Shown piece after piece: positions 49,919-62,651 of a stretch of 64,000 bases of DNA. The stretch lies in assembly GCA_002633005.1 (NCBI GenBank), contig NMRA01000528.1:61432-125431 (forward strand), read 5' to 3'. The first letter of the stretch is position 1; each line of letters starts with the position of its first letter. A program made the translations under genes and the position numbers. The notes beneath the pieces were generated by a model. That model was not told the DNA's origin. It saw nothing but the letters and a program-made list of their open reading frames with translations, and ran no database searches. Origin of the DNA: Phoronis australis (Eukaryota; Animalia; Phoronida).

Positions 49919-51934
49919 GACATATATGCTGCTAGAACATAGCTCCATTCGCAACAAAATTATCCATAAAATGAAATCTGATGACGGCGCCAAGTCGTTT
50001 CGATGAATAAGTCCAGACGACTAAAGCACATACAAACTCACTGCAGTTTTTAATATCTCTTTGGCTTCTTGATATGACACCCGCACATGTGCAGTTGGGA
50101 TTCGAATTGAGTTAAAAAACAAATGAAAAATACGGAAGTGACATATTGTCAGTTCAATGAAATGGTTTCATTGTGGAAAATATTTTGTTTTCAACTTTTA
50201 TAACAGATTTAAGCGATCGTCCATTTTAGGCCGACTAGGGGTCTAAATTGCACCTAGGCAATGACCATCGCCTCTGTTGGCCCGAACCAGAGGCGATGCA
50301 GAGGCTATAGGCGCTCTGTACGCCGGAAGCTTTTCGGCGAATTATGCCTCGCACTGACTAAACCATCAAAGTCACGTTGTTATAAATACCTTTTGCGCAT
50401 AGAGGAACACCTCAGGAGGTTGTCGATGTGTTTAATTCCTGCCAACTCGAACAAATACTCCCGTTATGAAACTTTTTCTTCGAGCAGTCCCTATTTCAGT
50501 TCCCAAAATCATGAAATCAAAATTTTTGTATTGCGCACGCTCCAATTTTTCCCGCGCTCGCTACGTGATGTGACTTCATGACCTCAATCTTTAAATAGGC
50601 CAAAGGTGAGCCATTGCGGTCTTGTCAGTCAAATGTTCGTTTCCAAAATGCCACCACTTATACTTGTCTTTAATTAACGTTACTTGAAACTGTTTGTATT
50701 TCAATGAATTATTGTTTGTATTTGATAAAAATAAATGCTGTTGATATGACATTTAATAGTCTTTGTGCAGATATTTGACATTTTAATGTTTAACAACACG
50801 GCAAATGCATGGCTTGTTCCCGGCAGCACGTACGCAAAGGGCGGGAACTTCAGCTTTCAAAGTTCGCCGGTAGGTCCGCAACTTCTGACCTTCGGCCTGG
50901 TTAAAAAAATGAAAATGTTGATTTCACAATTTTGGGAACTGAAATAGGGACTGCTCGAAGAAAAAGTTTCATAACGGGAGTTCCTCTATGCGCAAAAGGT
51001 ATTTATAACAATGCGACTTTGATGGTTTAGTCGGTGCGTGGCATAATTTGCCGAAAAGCTTCCGGCGTACACAGCGCCTATAGCCTCTGCATCGCCTCTG
51101 GTTCGGGCCAACAGAGGCGATGGTCATTGCCTAAATTGCACCCTCTCTCAGTGAAATCAAAACGAGGCAACGCTGTAAAAAACGAGACGGTGCTGGACAT
51201 TGAATGCATTACAGCGGAAAAAAAATTGGTGGCATTTAATTCACAGATCATGATTCAAGTAAGATTTCATGAAATGTCCGATATTAAGGTCCGTCCGGTA
51301 ATTAGGTACAGTCAAGTGACCTAATTATCGGACGTTTTGGCACATTTTGCATTATATTTAATTGAAAACATTACGGATTGTTGTAAATTCTTTGCTGAAA
51401 TAAAGATTTACCATCACGGAATTGTTCTGTTACTATATCTTGTCACTGAAAGCCACATTTATGTTCCGACTGATCTTCAAAAAACACAACAACCAAACCT
51501 TCGGAGAACCTAAATATCCGACACCATGTTTCTCCATACGCCACACCGCGGAAAACTGACTAACCACGTAATGGCCGCGGGCACCTTGTCGCCAAATTTC
51601 AGCTCGAGTGTTTTGACATATATGCTGCTAGAACCCAGGTCCATTCGCAACAAAATTATCCATGAAATGAAATTTGATGACGGCGCCAAGTCGTTTCAAT
51701 GAATTAGTGCAGACGAATAAAGCACGTGTAAACTCACTGCAGTTTTTAGTATCACTTAGGCTTCTTGATATGACACCCGCACGTGCGCGGTCGGGGTTTG
51801 ACTTGAGTTTAAAAACAAACGAAAAAATGGAACAGTGACATATTGTCTGTTCAATGAGATGGTTTCATTGTGGAAAAAGATTTTATTTTCAACTTTTATA
51901 ACCGATTTATGCGATCGTCCATTTTAGGCCGACT
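49630..51934. repeat. Two diverged direct copies (~600 bp) of a TcMar-like element at 49630-50236 and 51312-51934
   Basis: Both run from CAAGTGACCTAATTATCGGACG to GCGATCGTCCATTTTAGGCCGACT; more diverged than the 2-kb duplication. Confidence 0.75.
50255..51133. mobile_element. Foldback element with long (~220-270 bp) TIRs and a 9-bp TSD (MULE- or hATm-like)
   Basis: TAGGCAATGACCATCGCC... mirrored by ...GGCGATGGTCATTGCCTA; AATTGCACC on both sides (50246-50254, 51134-51142). Confidence 0.85.
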
Positions 51935-52610
51935 NNNNNNNNNNNNNNNNNNNNNNNNNNNNNNNNNNNNNNNNNNNNNNNNNNNNNNNNNNNNNNNNNN
52001 NNNNNNNNNNNNNNNNNNNNNNNNNNNNNNNNNNNNNNNNNNNNNNNNNNNNNNNNNNNNNNNNNNNNNNNNNNNNNNNNNNNNNNNNNNNNNNNNNNNN
52101 NNNNNNNNNNNNNNNNNNNNNNNNNNNNNNNNNNNNNNNNNNNNNNNNNNNNNNNNNNNNNNNNNNNNNNNNNNNNNNNNNNNNNNNNNNNNNNNNNNNN
52201 NNNNNNNNNNNNNNNNNNNNNNNNNNNNNNNNNNNNNNNNNNNNNNNNNNNNNTCACAATAAAATGGCTGCCGAAGGCAGTGCACATTTGAAATAACTCG
52301 GCACAAATTAAAGAAAACTTCCGAATCGATGAATGCGGTATATCTGTGAGAGTTAAATCGAATCCTATTCAGATCATAACTTTGAAGTGGAATAATTCGG
52401 TGAGTACAACAGCAAGTTTTATGCTTAGGCGGACGAACATTGGGCTCCCCAGTATATGTGTATTTTAAGTCTAAGAAAGTAAGAATATACAAAAAAGCAC
52501 ACGACACATCAAAATTTTCACAGTTAAAAATAGAATATTAAGCTTGGTGTATTCGTAATACAAAACACATGTTTTATACTCTATACTTTTCTGCATAATC
52601 TTACCCTTAC

Positions 52611-52859
52611 CTTTGAGCACGTTAAAAAACAGCGTAGGTGAATGGACCAATGACAACACAAACAAACGAGAATCTGGACAAGACCGATTGCGGCTAGAGC
52701 GATAAGTCCAGCTTCAGGGTACACAAATGCACCGTAGACACCGGCCCAAACGTACAGCCAGACAGGATAGATGAGAAGAAAGGGCGCAACGTAGCCATGA
52801 AGCCATACCGGACGAGAATTATAAAGAGTAATGTACTCAATCTCCTCATTCATCGGCAT
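52611..52859 (-). CDS. ATP13A1: P5A-ATPase exon 1 (N-terminal extra TM hairpin)
   Basis: MPMNEEIEYITLYNSRPVWLHGYVAPFLLIYPVW...LVCLCCHWSIHLRCFLTCSK|gtaagg; resembles the ATP13A1/Spf1 N-terminus. Confidence 0.92.
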
Positions 52860-53171
52860 GGTGTCGTCTGATTCAATCACAAGGAGTCGCTGTAGATTTT
52901 TTAATCCGTTTTAATGTTACTCAATTAATCTATAAAAATATCAAAACTAAATGTAAAATTATTGATTAAAAAGTATTTAAATCGCTATAAGGGGCAAATA
53001 ATTTGAAAAACTTCATTTTTTATTTACTTTTTAAACGGTACGGTGGTCAGCTTGCAAGTTGTCATTTCTGGTCACGTGATATTATTTTTGTTTTGGTGCT
53101 TGGGTTTTAAACTGTTAAATGTTAGCTGGAAGTTGATTACAGTTTGCTTCAATGTTACGCCCGCAATCGTA
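52860..53171. promoter_or_regulatory. Probable bidirectional promoter/5'UTR region between ATP13A1 and CHCHD5
   Basis: About 310 bp between divergent start codons; extended E-box GGTCACGTGAT at 53070-53080. Confidence 0.6.
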
Positions 53172-53173
53172 AT
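53172..53173 (+). CDS. CHCHD5: CHCHD5 exon 1 coding part (AT of the split start codon)
   Basis: aAT|gtaagt strong donor; exon 2 begins with a lone G (ag|G GAT GTA), completing ATG. Confidence 0.6.
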
Positions 53174-54591
53174 GTAAGTGCTCATTATCGTAGTCAAGTC
53201 ATCATCTTCATTCTTGAAGCGTATCCCTACTGCTTTTACAACATAGGCGTGGATAAGCTGAGTGCCTTGTAGTTGTAGTTGTAAGAGCTTCTTTATTTTC
53301 TCAGCTAGTCTCTAACTCTGACTCGACGCTCGGCCTTACTTAAAGTTAAACAAGGCTTAGTTATCCAACTAGTTGTATGAAGATTATTGTCAAAATACAA
53401 CCAGGAACCGCTGTGTGTTAAGCTCGGATAGAACTCGTGTAGTTCTTCTCACCAACTTGTCGGTGTTAAACTTAAAATTATATCAAAATGTAGACCTTAA
53501 CTGAAATGACTGGGACTGGCAGGAGTTCAACACTCGGCTTGTCCTTGCCTGTTGCAGCCATTTAAGTGAAAAACAACGTAATAAATGTCATTTTCTTGCA
53601 TAATTCTCCGTCTTATGTAACAAAGCGAAGTAGCTAGTCTATCGTCGTTTTGAAAACAGTTTAACGAACGCTCGTGACACGCTCGCGCGCCATTTCTTAA
53701 ATTCTTTGTGACATCCCTCGAAACATGATGGCAGCTTCACAACAGCAAAATCTGTTCTGAAATTCGGTTTGCTGTTATCAGCATACTAAAAATTATTATA
53801 AAGTGAAACCTTATTCTGATAATTTGTAGTGATATTTACGCAACCTCGTGGAATAACAACAGTTGATTAAAGAATCGGTGCAAAAAGAAATTGACCAATA
53901 GGTGGCACTTCATATAATGGCGCTGAAAGCAGATCCTTAAGATCACTCTACAACTTTAGCAGCAGAATAACAGTAGAACGCTAATTTTTCCAACACCCAT
54001 AAATAGTTTAGTTTATTCAATAGTGAGTATAGGTTTTAATGATAAATTGGTGTAGGATTTTATTTGGTCATTTTTTACATACATCGGCCCCATAGAGCTG
54101 TACAAATTAGAATGCATCTTTGCACCAAGGCTAGGTTAGACAGTGCCACCATCTCAAGTAGCAGCAGAAACTCTTCATACACCGGAAGCTGTTCTGCAAA
54201 TAGTGCCTCACACTGATTAAAGCGTCAAAGTCATGCTGCTTTAAGTACCTTTTACACATAGAGGGACATCTTCAAGAAGGCCGTCAATGTCTGATCCTTC
54301 CAACTTGGACAAATACTCCAGTAATCAAAGCTTTGTTTGAGCAGTCCTTCGTTAAGTTACCCAAATTTGCAACTGGCCAGATTTACTCACGCCAGGAAGT
54401 ATGACAACATTTCCCAGGAACCGGTCTATCATGAATCCCCAGTAGATGGAGCCAGGTGGCTCCGCAATGTCGGGAAATTTATGTTATTTTATAGCACGTG
54501 CAGAAGGAATGGTTTGTAATTCTGCATCTTTGCGTCAAACTAGTTCTCAAAACTGGGATCGTAGTAAGCTTGCAATATATCCATTCTTTAG

Positions 54592-54732
54592 GGATGTATC
54601 AATGCAGCTGATTCGTCAGCATTGCACCCAGTCACTCAAAGAATATACGTGGTGTGTGGACTCTAACCCGGGCACATGGGCGAAGAACTGCGACAGACAA
54701 CGACTTCAGCTTGCCTCTTGTGCTCAGTCGCA
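54592..54732 (+). CDS. CHCHD5: CHCHD5 exon 2 (first twin-CX9C CHCH domain)
   Basis: ag|(M)DVSMQLIRQHCTQSLKEYTWCVDSNPGTWAKNCDRQRLQLASCAQS(H)|gtatgt; two CX9C motifs. Confidence 0.88.
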
Positions 54733-55148
54733 GTATGTATGATGCAAATGATTAACATGAGATTGGTCATACAAATTCTTGATCTCACAACTAAAGATCC
54801 AGAAAGCTACCTTCATTATGTTTTTCAATGTAATATTTAACACAGTTCAGGTCGTTATTGATTTTTACGGATCAGTGAGCTATTACTAACTGCAATCCCA
54901 ATTACTTTAAATGGCTTCTGAAAGACTTTGACTTGTTGACTGCTTATAGTTCAACTAGGGATTTCCATGTACAATGGATAGGTTGAATTGTAAGCAATGC
55001 AAATGTGTCTGGATTTTTGGAAGGTTTCGTGGTTACAGCGTACTGCGGAAAATCTTGCTATGTTTTCATTTCGGAATGTTGGCAGCTGTGAATCATGTTC
55101 TTTGATTAGTATCAATTTTTACATTGTGTTTTGTCTTCACTATTTTAG

Positions 55149-55338
55149 TCCAACCATCAAGCAAATTAAACGGAAGTGCTCATCAACCTACAAGGACTAC
55201 GACCGTTGCGTGCGCTGTAACCCTGACAACGTGCTGAGCTGCTGCGAAGAGCTTCGACGGTTCTCTTCGTGTGCAGACAACTACGTGCCCAAGCAAAGCG
55301 TGGTGACTTTTACAGCATCTAGGTCGAGTGAGTCTTGA
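55149..55338 (+). CDS. CHCHD5: CHCHD5 exon 3 (second CHCH domain); either ends at the TGA at 55338 or splices at gtgagt after 55327
   Basis: tag|(H)PTIKQIKRKCSSTYKDYDRCVRCNPDNVLSCCEELRRFSSCADN...; parallels human HPIIRQIRQAC...RRFLQCAE as I recall it; 110 aa total if read to the stop. Confidence 0.87.
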
Positions 55339-57391
55339 TGTACTGGCAAACCTCTCTTCTAAGAATTGCACATCAATATTGCTTTTTAAAGCAACTGGCA
55401 ATACCTCTCTTTTAGGTGAAGTACAACTGAATTTTGGACATTTTCTTTCATCTGTATCTGAAATGATGCATTGCTAATATTTTTATGCGTCTTTCACCAT
55501 AATTTAGGTAAAGCGAGTTGGTTAGGTTTCTTTGTTTTTTTTAAACAAATAGCTTAGTGTCGATCTCCTCATGAAAACCTATGCAGTTAAATGAAATTAA
55601 GTCAAGATATCCCAATCACCAGTGGTTTAACCACATTTAACTTATTGAGATTATATTATTTCATGGCGATACGATGTAATTAAGTGAGCTTTTCCATGAC
55701 CGTTCTATTTGGAATGGGCTCTTGCTAGTGTGAAGTGGTTTTTGCCCCGCTGTCTTGGGACAAACTAGCTCCTGGCATGGTGAAGATATTCTTTCTGTAG
55801 TATTAGAATTGCCACAGTTTGAGTCTATTAGGCAGTGTAAGTCACTGCATTGTGTAGATGATGTGTGAAAACTCTACCCTGCTGAAGTCTAATTACGGGA
55901 CATGGCAAAAGTAATCAGACAAAACGGTGTTTCTCCGTCAACAACAAAAGTTATTATTGAATTGAATGACTTTTGTTTATGGTGACAAAGTTCTATATAA
56001 TTAACTTTCATGTTTATACATTTCATTCTCAATCATGATGGAAGGCTACTCTGCGAATGAATTTGGCTTCCACCAAGTTATCATGACGGGGAATTCCTCT
56101 GGTAATTTTGTCTAAATACTTTTGGCAAGTACTGTAGCTAGTTGGGTAGCTAGCGTGAATTGATCATTTCACATCTGCGTTTTAATGAGAACCCCCTTAA
56201 GTTTCCGTTCTCAACACCATGGAATTAATTTGCTCATATTTTGCCATACATATGATTGCGGCAGTTCTGCATGTATTTCAAACACAATATGGCCGACTAC
56301 AGTAATTCTATTTTGTCAAAATTCTTAACAAAAAGCTAAAGATAAAGAAAATTTTGGTTGATTACTAGCATAGTGTGTACTGTGTTGATTACTTAGAACA
56401 ACCTTTGGCTAATTTATTTGTAGTAAAGCAACTGGCCGTAAAAAAATGATCAGATGGAAATGACAACTTGCAGGCAATTATTTTTGTACAAAATCAGTGG
56501 AGAACTACTGTAGTGTGAAGGATCTACATGTTTCTTAGTTTTGTGCCTCCCATTGGCTAATAGAATACACCAATAATTATACTGAGATGACCAAATTGTC
56601 TCATGAATCTTCACTGACTATAATTTTTTAATGACACACGTGCTACTTAAATCATCATTTCCTTTGATATGCCCAACCTCAAAGTCTTCCAGATCTTTTT
56701 TCAGAGTATCTGATGTTCTGGAGTTGTCCAAATTTGGAAATTTTCTAGGGTCCTACAGAACCTTTACATGGCACTGGCTTTTGTGCTTTGATGGATTTGT
56801 ACGAAACTAACTTTGTTACCTGCTATCGCGCACCAAGCAGCAGCTCCCCTTTAGGGATAAAAGTTATTTAGTTTACTAGTGGGGACCAATCCTACACTAT
56901 CCAAGGCTCTATTGTAACATTCGTCAATATAGCAAGCTTTGTGATGAGTCATTTCAAATTTTCTCCCAGCTGTTGATGGTCGATTACAGTTACAGAGTCA
57001 AATTCATCATCTGCTTACACTAGATAAAACTGTTTAGTATCTTTTTAGAATTATGTCGGTCTCTTCAGTTGTGCACTGGAAGTTTGAAAGGGGACGTTCC
57101 AGTAATGATTAAGCGATAAATTGAATATGCTTCCAATTAAATATTTTTGTTATCAGGGACTCGCACCAGTTGTTTTAGGAAATTCTCAATTTACTGGGGT
57201 CTGCAATTAACTTTTATTTTAATGTATATTGCCTGGAGGGGCACGAGTCTAGTGTGATGTGGTCTAAAATGTGTGCATGCTCAAGAAGCAACTCTGCTCA
57301 GCAATTTAGCTGTTTAGTGTTTTTTGTGATACTCATAATTTTGTGGTGAAGTTTTTTATAATGACGCTTACAGGCTTGTCTATTTAGGATT

Positions 57392-57788
57392 AGGAACTGC
57401 TCACAATTATCGCCATTTTCATAAGCCTACAAACTGTATGCCTTTGGGGGAGGTGGTTGCTGCTAGTGTCTGCTTTTGAGGTCATAAAAATAATGATGTC
57501 AAATTACAGATTGAGAAGTCAATATTTTTTTAGTTACCTTTTCACAAAGGTGACAAAACAACAAATACCAGAAATGTCTCTAAGGTCCAACCAGTCAAAA
57601 ATAAAATACGCAAAGCATTTTTCGAAAATAATTGTTTTTATACCACGTCATTATACAAACCAACACATTTCACTTTGAAGCATGCTTCCAAGGTACATAA
57701 ACACGCTGTCATTTTTGTACGCTTTCAGAGATGAGGGGGGTTGGATGAAGCGTCGTGAAAATGGCGATAATTGTGAATGGTCTCCTAC
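57392..57788. mobile_element. PIF/Harbinger-like MITE
   Basis: TAGGAACTGCTCACAATTATCGCCATTTTCA mirrored by TGAAAATGGCGATAATTGTGAATGGTCTCCTA. Confidence 0.6.
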
Positions 57789-58629
57789 AATAGCTGCACT
57801 CGATTCAGGTCAGCACCGAGTCAACTCCGCAAAACAAGAAAAAAGTAACAGTCACATGAAAACATGCCTAACTAATAAAACCGGATCCCTAACCCTACGC
57901 TAATCATGAAAGATCTGGAGGGACGTCATTCCATCTGATTTTGCTTCGATAATGGCGAGCCTAACCATATAATTGGTTTTCGATGACGACTTCCGAATTA
58001 CAGACAATTAAATCAGTTGTCCTAGCCAGTTGACTAGGTGAAATTGGCCAATCTGTGAATTGAGTGCAGTGGCTGTGATTCTGTTTAATATTATACTGTG
58101 TTTTATTGTCACGGTTGTAGTCGCTGAAGTCTGTCCACGTATTTGTCACTGTTTCCTGTTTTCAGGTTATAATGATCAAAGTTTTTATGTTTTGGAATTT
58201 CATACACTAAGGCCAATGTTAACAAGTGTGTTATTTTTGTTAAACGTTGAAAAGACATAAAAATTGTACCTTAACTTCACATTACAATATACACACAGAT
58301 GAAAGACCGGCATTTTTACAGCTTCACTGAGGTTTTAATGTTGCTGGCATGGTAAATTGTTTGTATGAATAGATTTACACAGAGCTGTGATATTAGAGGC
58401 ATTGTTCAGAGGATTTGTGATTGTTGTTAGTTTTTTGAGGTTTTGTTTGTTAGAGATATATTTCACCGCCTTGTAGTGGTATGTTGCTGGTTGAAGTGAA
58501 TACAAGTTATTTACACGAGATGGAGCTGTTTTTCTACAATGGCAGAATCACTGCACAGGAGTCTATCCTATCTGGTGGTTAAGTGTCATGCTGCAACCGT
58601 GTCCCCTATTATTAATTTCCTTTGCCACG

Positions 58630-61600
58630 CCCATACCAAAAAAGGCAAATACTTGCCGCAACTTTGCGGCAAGTTTCCTGCAAAAGTTTCTGCAATCCCG
58701 CCGCAAACACATGGAATCATCTCTGACCAAAGAGTGGATGCAAATTTCCTGCAACCCAGCCGCAAACATTGCCGCAAGCTTGCTGCATGCTTGCCGCAGA
58801 CATGCAGCAAACTTTTACCATGCGAATGAAGTTTGCCGCAAGCTTGCTGCAGACATCTCTCTGTCCTTATATGGATCAGTTCCTGCAACCCAGCTGCACA
58901 CATTGCTGCAAGCTTGCCCCAAACATCTTCATGGGATTTTATAGAAGTTTCTGCGAACCGCCTGAAAAAAGATTGCTGCAAGACTACAACATACTTGAAT
59001 TGTGGCATGAATAATTTATTGCAGAAATGTCCTTGGCAAATAATTTTTATTGCATGCCCAAGAAAATACAGAATCAGCTGCATACTGGATTTAACATGAT
59101 AGTTTTCAATCTTATGTATAATGACTAGAAATGAAACCAAAATCACATGACAATGAAAAACAGAAACTATACAAGTGTCTACAGTGGCGATTAGTAACAT
59201 TACTTGTATTACAATCAAAATTGTGTCTAAAGAGAACAACTTGAAAGTATGCAAGCCTTAATTACAATTTACCAAGATGTTTTATTCTTAACGCACTACA
59301 AAATCTATGGTAATTGTAACAATTTTATTATTTACCTGACTAAACTAACAACAGCAATACGGAGCGTTGAAATGCAACCACGGCCGCGCCGCCGACGGGG
59401 TGTTTCCTAGCACTGAAAATGGCGCAAAATATGTCGAATGCCAGTGGAGAAAACCATGAAATCAGACTCTCCCTCCGTGGAAAGGCACACTTTTTTAATG
59501 TTTATTACGAAACCTTCAGAATACAATGAATATACATAACCCAGAAAGCGCCGAGAGGCATTGGATCTTAGAACAGCATGTCGAGCACATTTAAGTATTT
59601 TATTTTAAATTACCTCATTACTGATCAACTGAAAAAAATCACTCTAAACAATTATAAACATATTTATTTTTCCAACATTCATCTAAAATACTTGAAAACT
59701 GTCTTCTACTTCATTGATTACTATTTTTGCTTCCCAGTATGGTTTTATGAAACATCACAGGCCCGTAGCCCCCCTGCGGAAAAGGTACAGCCCCGACCTA
59801 TCCGTTAAAGATATAATATAGATAGACAACAACAACAAAATTGTTGCAGTTACTGGTACTAACTACAATCATGTCACTAATAATTTTGAATTTAGTTCAC
59901 GTAATACCTAGGTCGTAGCTGGTCAACTTCGCCCGAATGGTGCTCGATGATAGGATGGTGCACACGAGAGGAGGCTTTATGTTATTCATCGGCTTTGAAC
60001 GCGCGTGATGGTTACAACATAGGGTAACACGGGAGTCTAGAAGTAAATGTCTATACCTAAGTAGGCTATATAGCAGCGAGTGAGCTCCCAAAAGGTAGTT
60101 CCGTGTGCCAACGTCTTAAAATCGACCAAGAAACAAAATAGTAAAAAGTACGAGGTTTATATGCTATTTTGATAGTGGCAGAGTACATGCGCGCATCCAG
60201 GGGGGCTCGGCCGGGGGGCTCGAATGAGTCCCCCTCCCAATTGTCGAAGTGGGCAAAAAGGTCCGCCCCCGAGAAACAAAAAGACCGAATGTCCACAATT
60301 CGAAACTGACGAAACGAGTCGAAACTGACATGAGAAAAGTATTGTATTTGTCTCAATTTAGTAACTATTTAAAGGGTGTACAAAAGTTGACTGGTTCTGA
60401 AAACACTGATTATTTTGTTTACAGATGAGCTCATTTCCAATCACTGCCAATCGTGAGTCTTCAATCTACCGCTAACTAACGACTCATCCAGTCTGAAGCA
60501 GGGACAGCATCAGGTCAGGACTTCAGCGACTAATAGCGGCGGTTTTAAATTTAAGACGACTGAATGGAATTCCGACTTCGTGAAGACTGGCAGGGGTCAG
60601 GGTAGCCTAACTACATTTAGTTTCGACCTGGCCATGCGCGTGGTTCTGAGCTAGTCTGAGGGGCAGCAGCCCTAACTAGGTCAGTCACGCTGTGATGCGA
60701 CCTTGAATGGATTTGATGAATGTATCGTGGTTGATAATTCATCAATATTCCTACTTCTTAATCTTTTAAAAATTCAAGTACGTACTCATTTTCCGTGTTC
60801 GAAAGACATGCGGGCAATGTTCCCATGCGCATGAAATCCGGGCGTTGTTTGAGCATAGGTACATCACCTAGTGCATCTAATGACCGAAGTGTCGTTTATT
60901 TCTGCAGGTAAAAGTGGATATCTGATTTACCCAAGTCCGAAATTTTAGATCTTTTCGGAGTAGTGAACCTTCGGAATAGTGAACCTTCAAAGCAGTGAAC
61001 TTTTGGATTACTGGGTTGTTCCCATTTCCAGCGATGTAAGCAAGTTAAGTAACACGCAAAATACAACAAGGTCAAAATATGAAGTCGATCATGCTTCGAT
61101 TAAATATTTCAGACCGAGTACGTAATGAGGTGTCACTCATTTAAGCATGCCCGGTTTGAAAGTTTGGTAGGGGGTAACGCGGGAACATTCTCTTTCTGGC
61201 CCACATTGAACATAGGAATTTTGGTCCCGTTCTTTGTGAGCAACCGTCAGGGCATCCTCATTTCTGGTATTACGAATTCCGTCTGATCAGTTGGGATCAT
61301 AGAGCTGAGAGTCGTCGTTGTGTATATAGATTTCCCCTAGTGAAGCTCTGTCATGGGCCTTACCGAAAACTCTACAGTGTCGACCTTAGCAAAGTATCCG
61401 CAAAGGTCCCCCGTTCCAGAAATTCGAACCACCCCTGCGCAATGCTCGCTACGGGAGTGCTATGGTTCAAATAAAAGCTTACTCTCTTCCCAGGCATGTA
61501 ACCTTGACAACCACATGCTTTCTTTGATAACAGTACCACCATGATCAACATGTATCTGGGCTAGCATAATTTAAACAAACAATCAACAGCCCTAGAGGCA

Positions 61601-62440
61601 CTAAACATTAATGAAAGTTGAAAATTTTTTAAGTATGGTGACTGAATAAAAACAAAGTACACGCAGACATGGATACAGTTATATTCTCTAGTGTTTTGGG
61701 TCACATTTAGGCGTCTTTGAGCATATGCTGTTTTTAACAATGTAACTTACCCAACAGTAGGTCACATTTAGGTAAGTTACCTAACATAGGTACTCTAACT
61801 GTCCTGCCTTAGGTCTGGGATTTGAGGTTTCTTTGATATTTAGAAAATAAAAAAAAAACAATCTCACAATTTCTAACATTGTCACAATCTTAATGGTAAC
61901 ATTTTAAGCATTGCAGCTTACTGCAAATTTCGTGCAAGCACTTTTTCACATATTAAGTTTGTTGTAGTCTTTCCACAATTTTTTATTTAAAGTTTCCTGC
62001 ATTTTTGCCACAAAAACTCTTTTATCTTTATGTTTCCTGAGAACACTTTTTCAACCAATAAAGTTTCCTGCAACTTTCCCGCAAACACTTTTTCATCAAC
62101 AAAGTTTCCTGCAACTTTCCGCAAATGATTTTTCATCAATAAAGTTTCCCGCAACTTTTCCGCAAACACTTTTCCGTCCATAAAGTTTCCTGCAACTTTC
62201 CCGCAAACAGTTTTTCACCAATAAAGTTTCCTGCAATTTTCCTGCAAACACTTTGAATCTCCAAGTTTGCAGCAAGTTTCCTGCAAACTTCAGTGTTTGC
62301 AGCAAGGTTGCGGCAATGTGTGCGGCTGAGTTGCCGGTAGCGGCAAACTCCTGCAAACATTGCGGCTGGTTTGCTGCAATCAAAATTGTTTGCCGCAAGC
62401 TTGCCACAAGCTGGCGGCAAACATGGTCTTTTGGTATGGG
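58630..62440. mobile_element. CACTA/EnSpm-like non-autonomous element (~3.8 kb) with subterminal repeat arrays and nested insertions
   Basis: TIR CCCATACCAAAA...TTTTGGTATGGG; many TTGCCGCAA/TTTCCTGCAA motifs at 58650-59040 and 61910-62420, including a ~40-bp tandem at 61990-62290. Confidence 0.7.
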
Positions 62441-62523
62441 AGATTCCGTCTCTCTGGGGTGTGTTCTTTAGATGTTCCTGCAGCCAAAGATCTTGGCTTA
62501 TGGAATGTACAGGATTTTTATGT

Positions 62524-62651
62524 CAGTGGTGGATTTAGGGGGAGGGGAAAGGGGGCCATAGCCAAAAAATGTGTGACGGGGGAAACATTATAGCTAATAC
62601 TCTGCCTTGGCCCCTCTCTCCAACTCAAGATCCTGGGCGGATCCGCCTCTG
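62524..62651. mobile_element. Small hAT-like MITE with a 5-bp TSD
   Basis: CAGTGGTGGAT...ATCCGCCTCTG flanked by TATGT on both sides. Confidence 0.65.

Noticed and set aside
52860-52880. GTG start of the ORF-track call for ATP13A1 exon 1 (and the GTG at 8881 for the GT31 gene)
   Set aside because: These are eukaryotic genes, so the first in-frame ATGs (52859 and 8845) were used
58539-59254. Overlapping Cys/Ala-rich ORFs (also 61987-62471)
   Set aside because: They are translations of TTGCCGCAA subterminal repeats, open in several frames on both strands, with no domain signal
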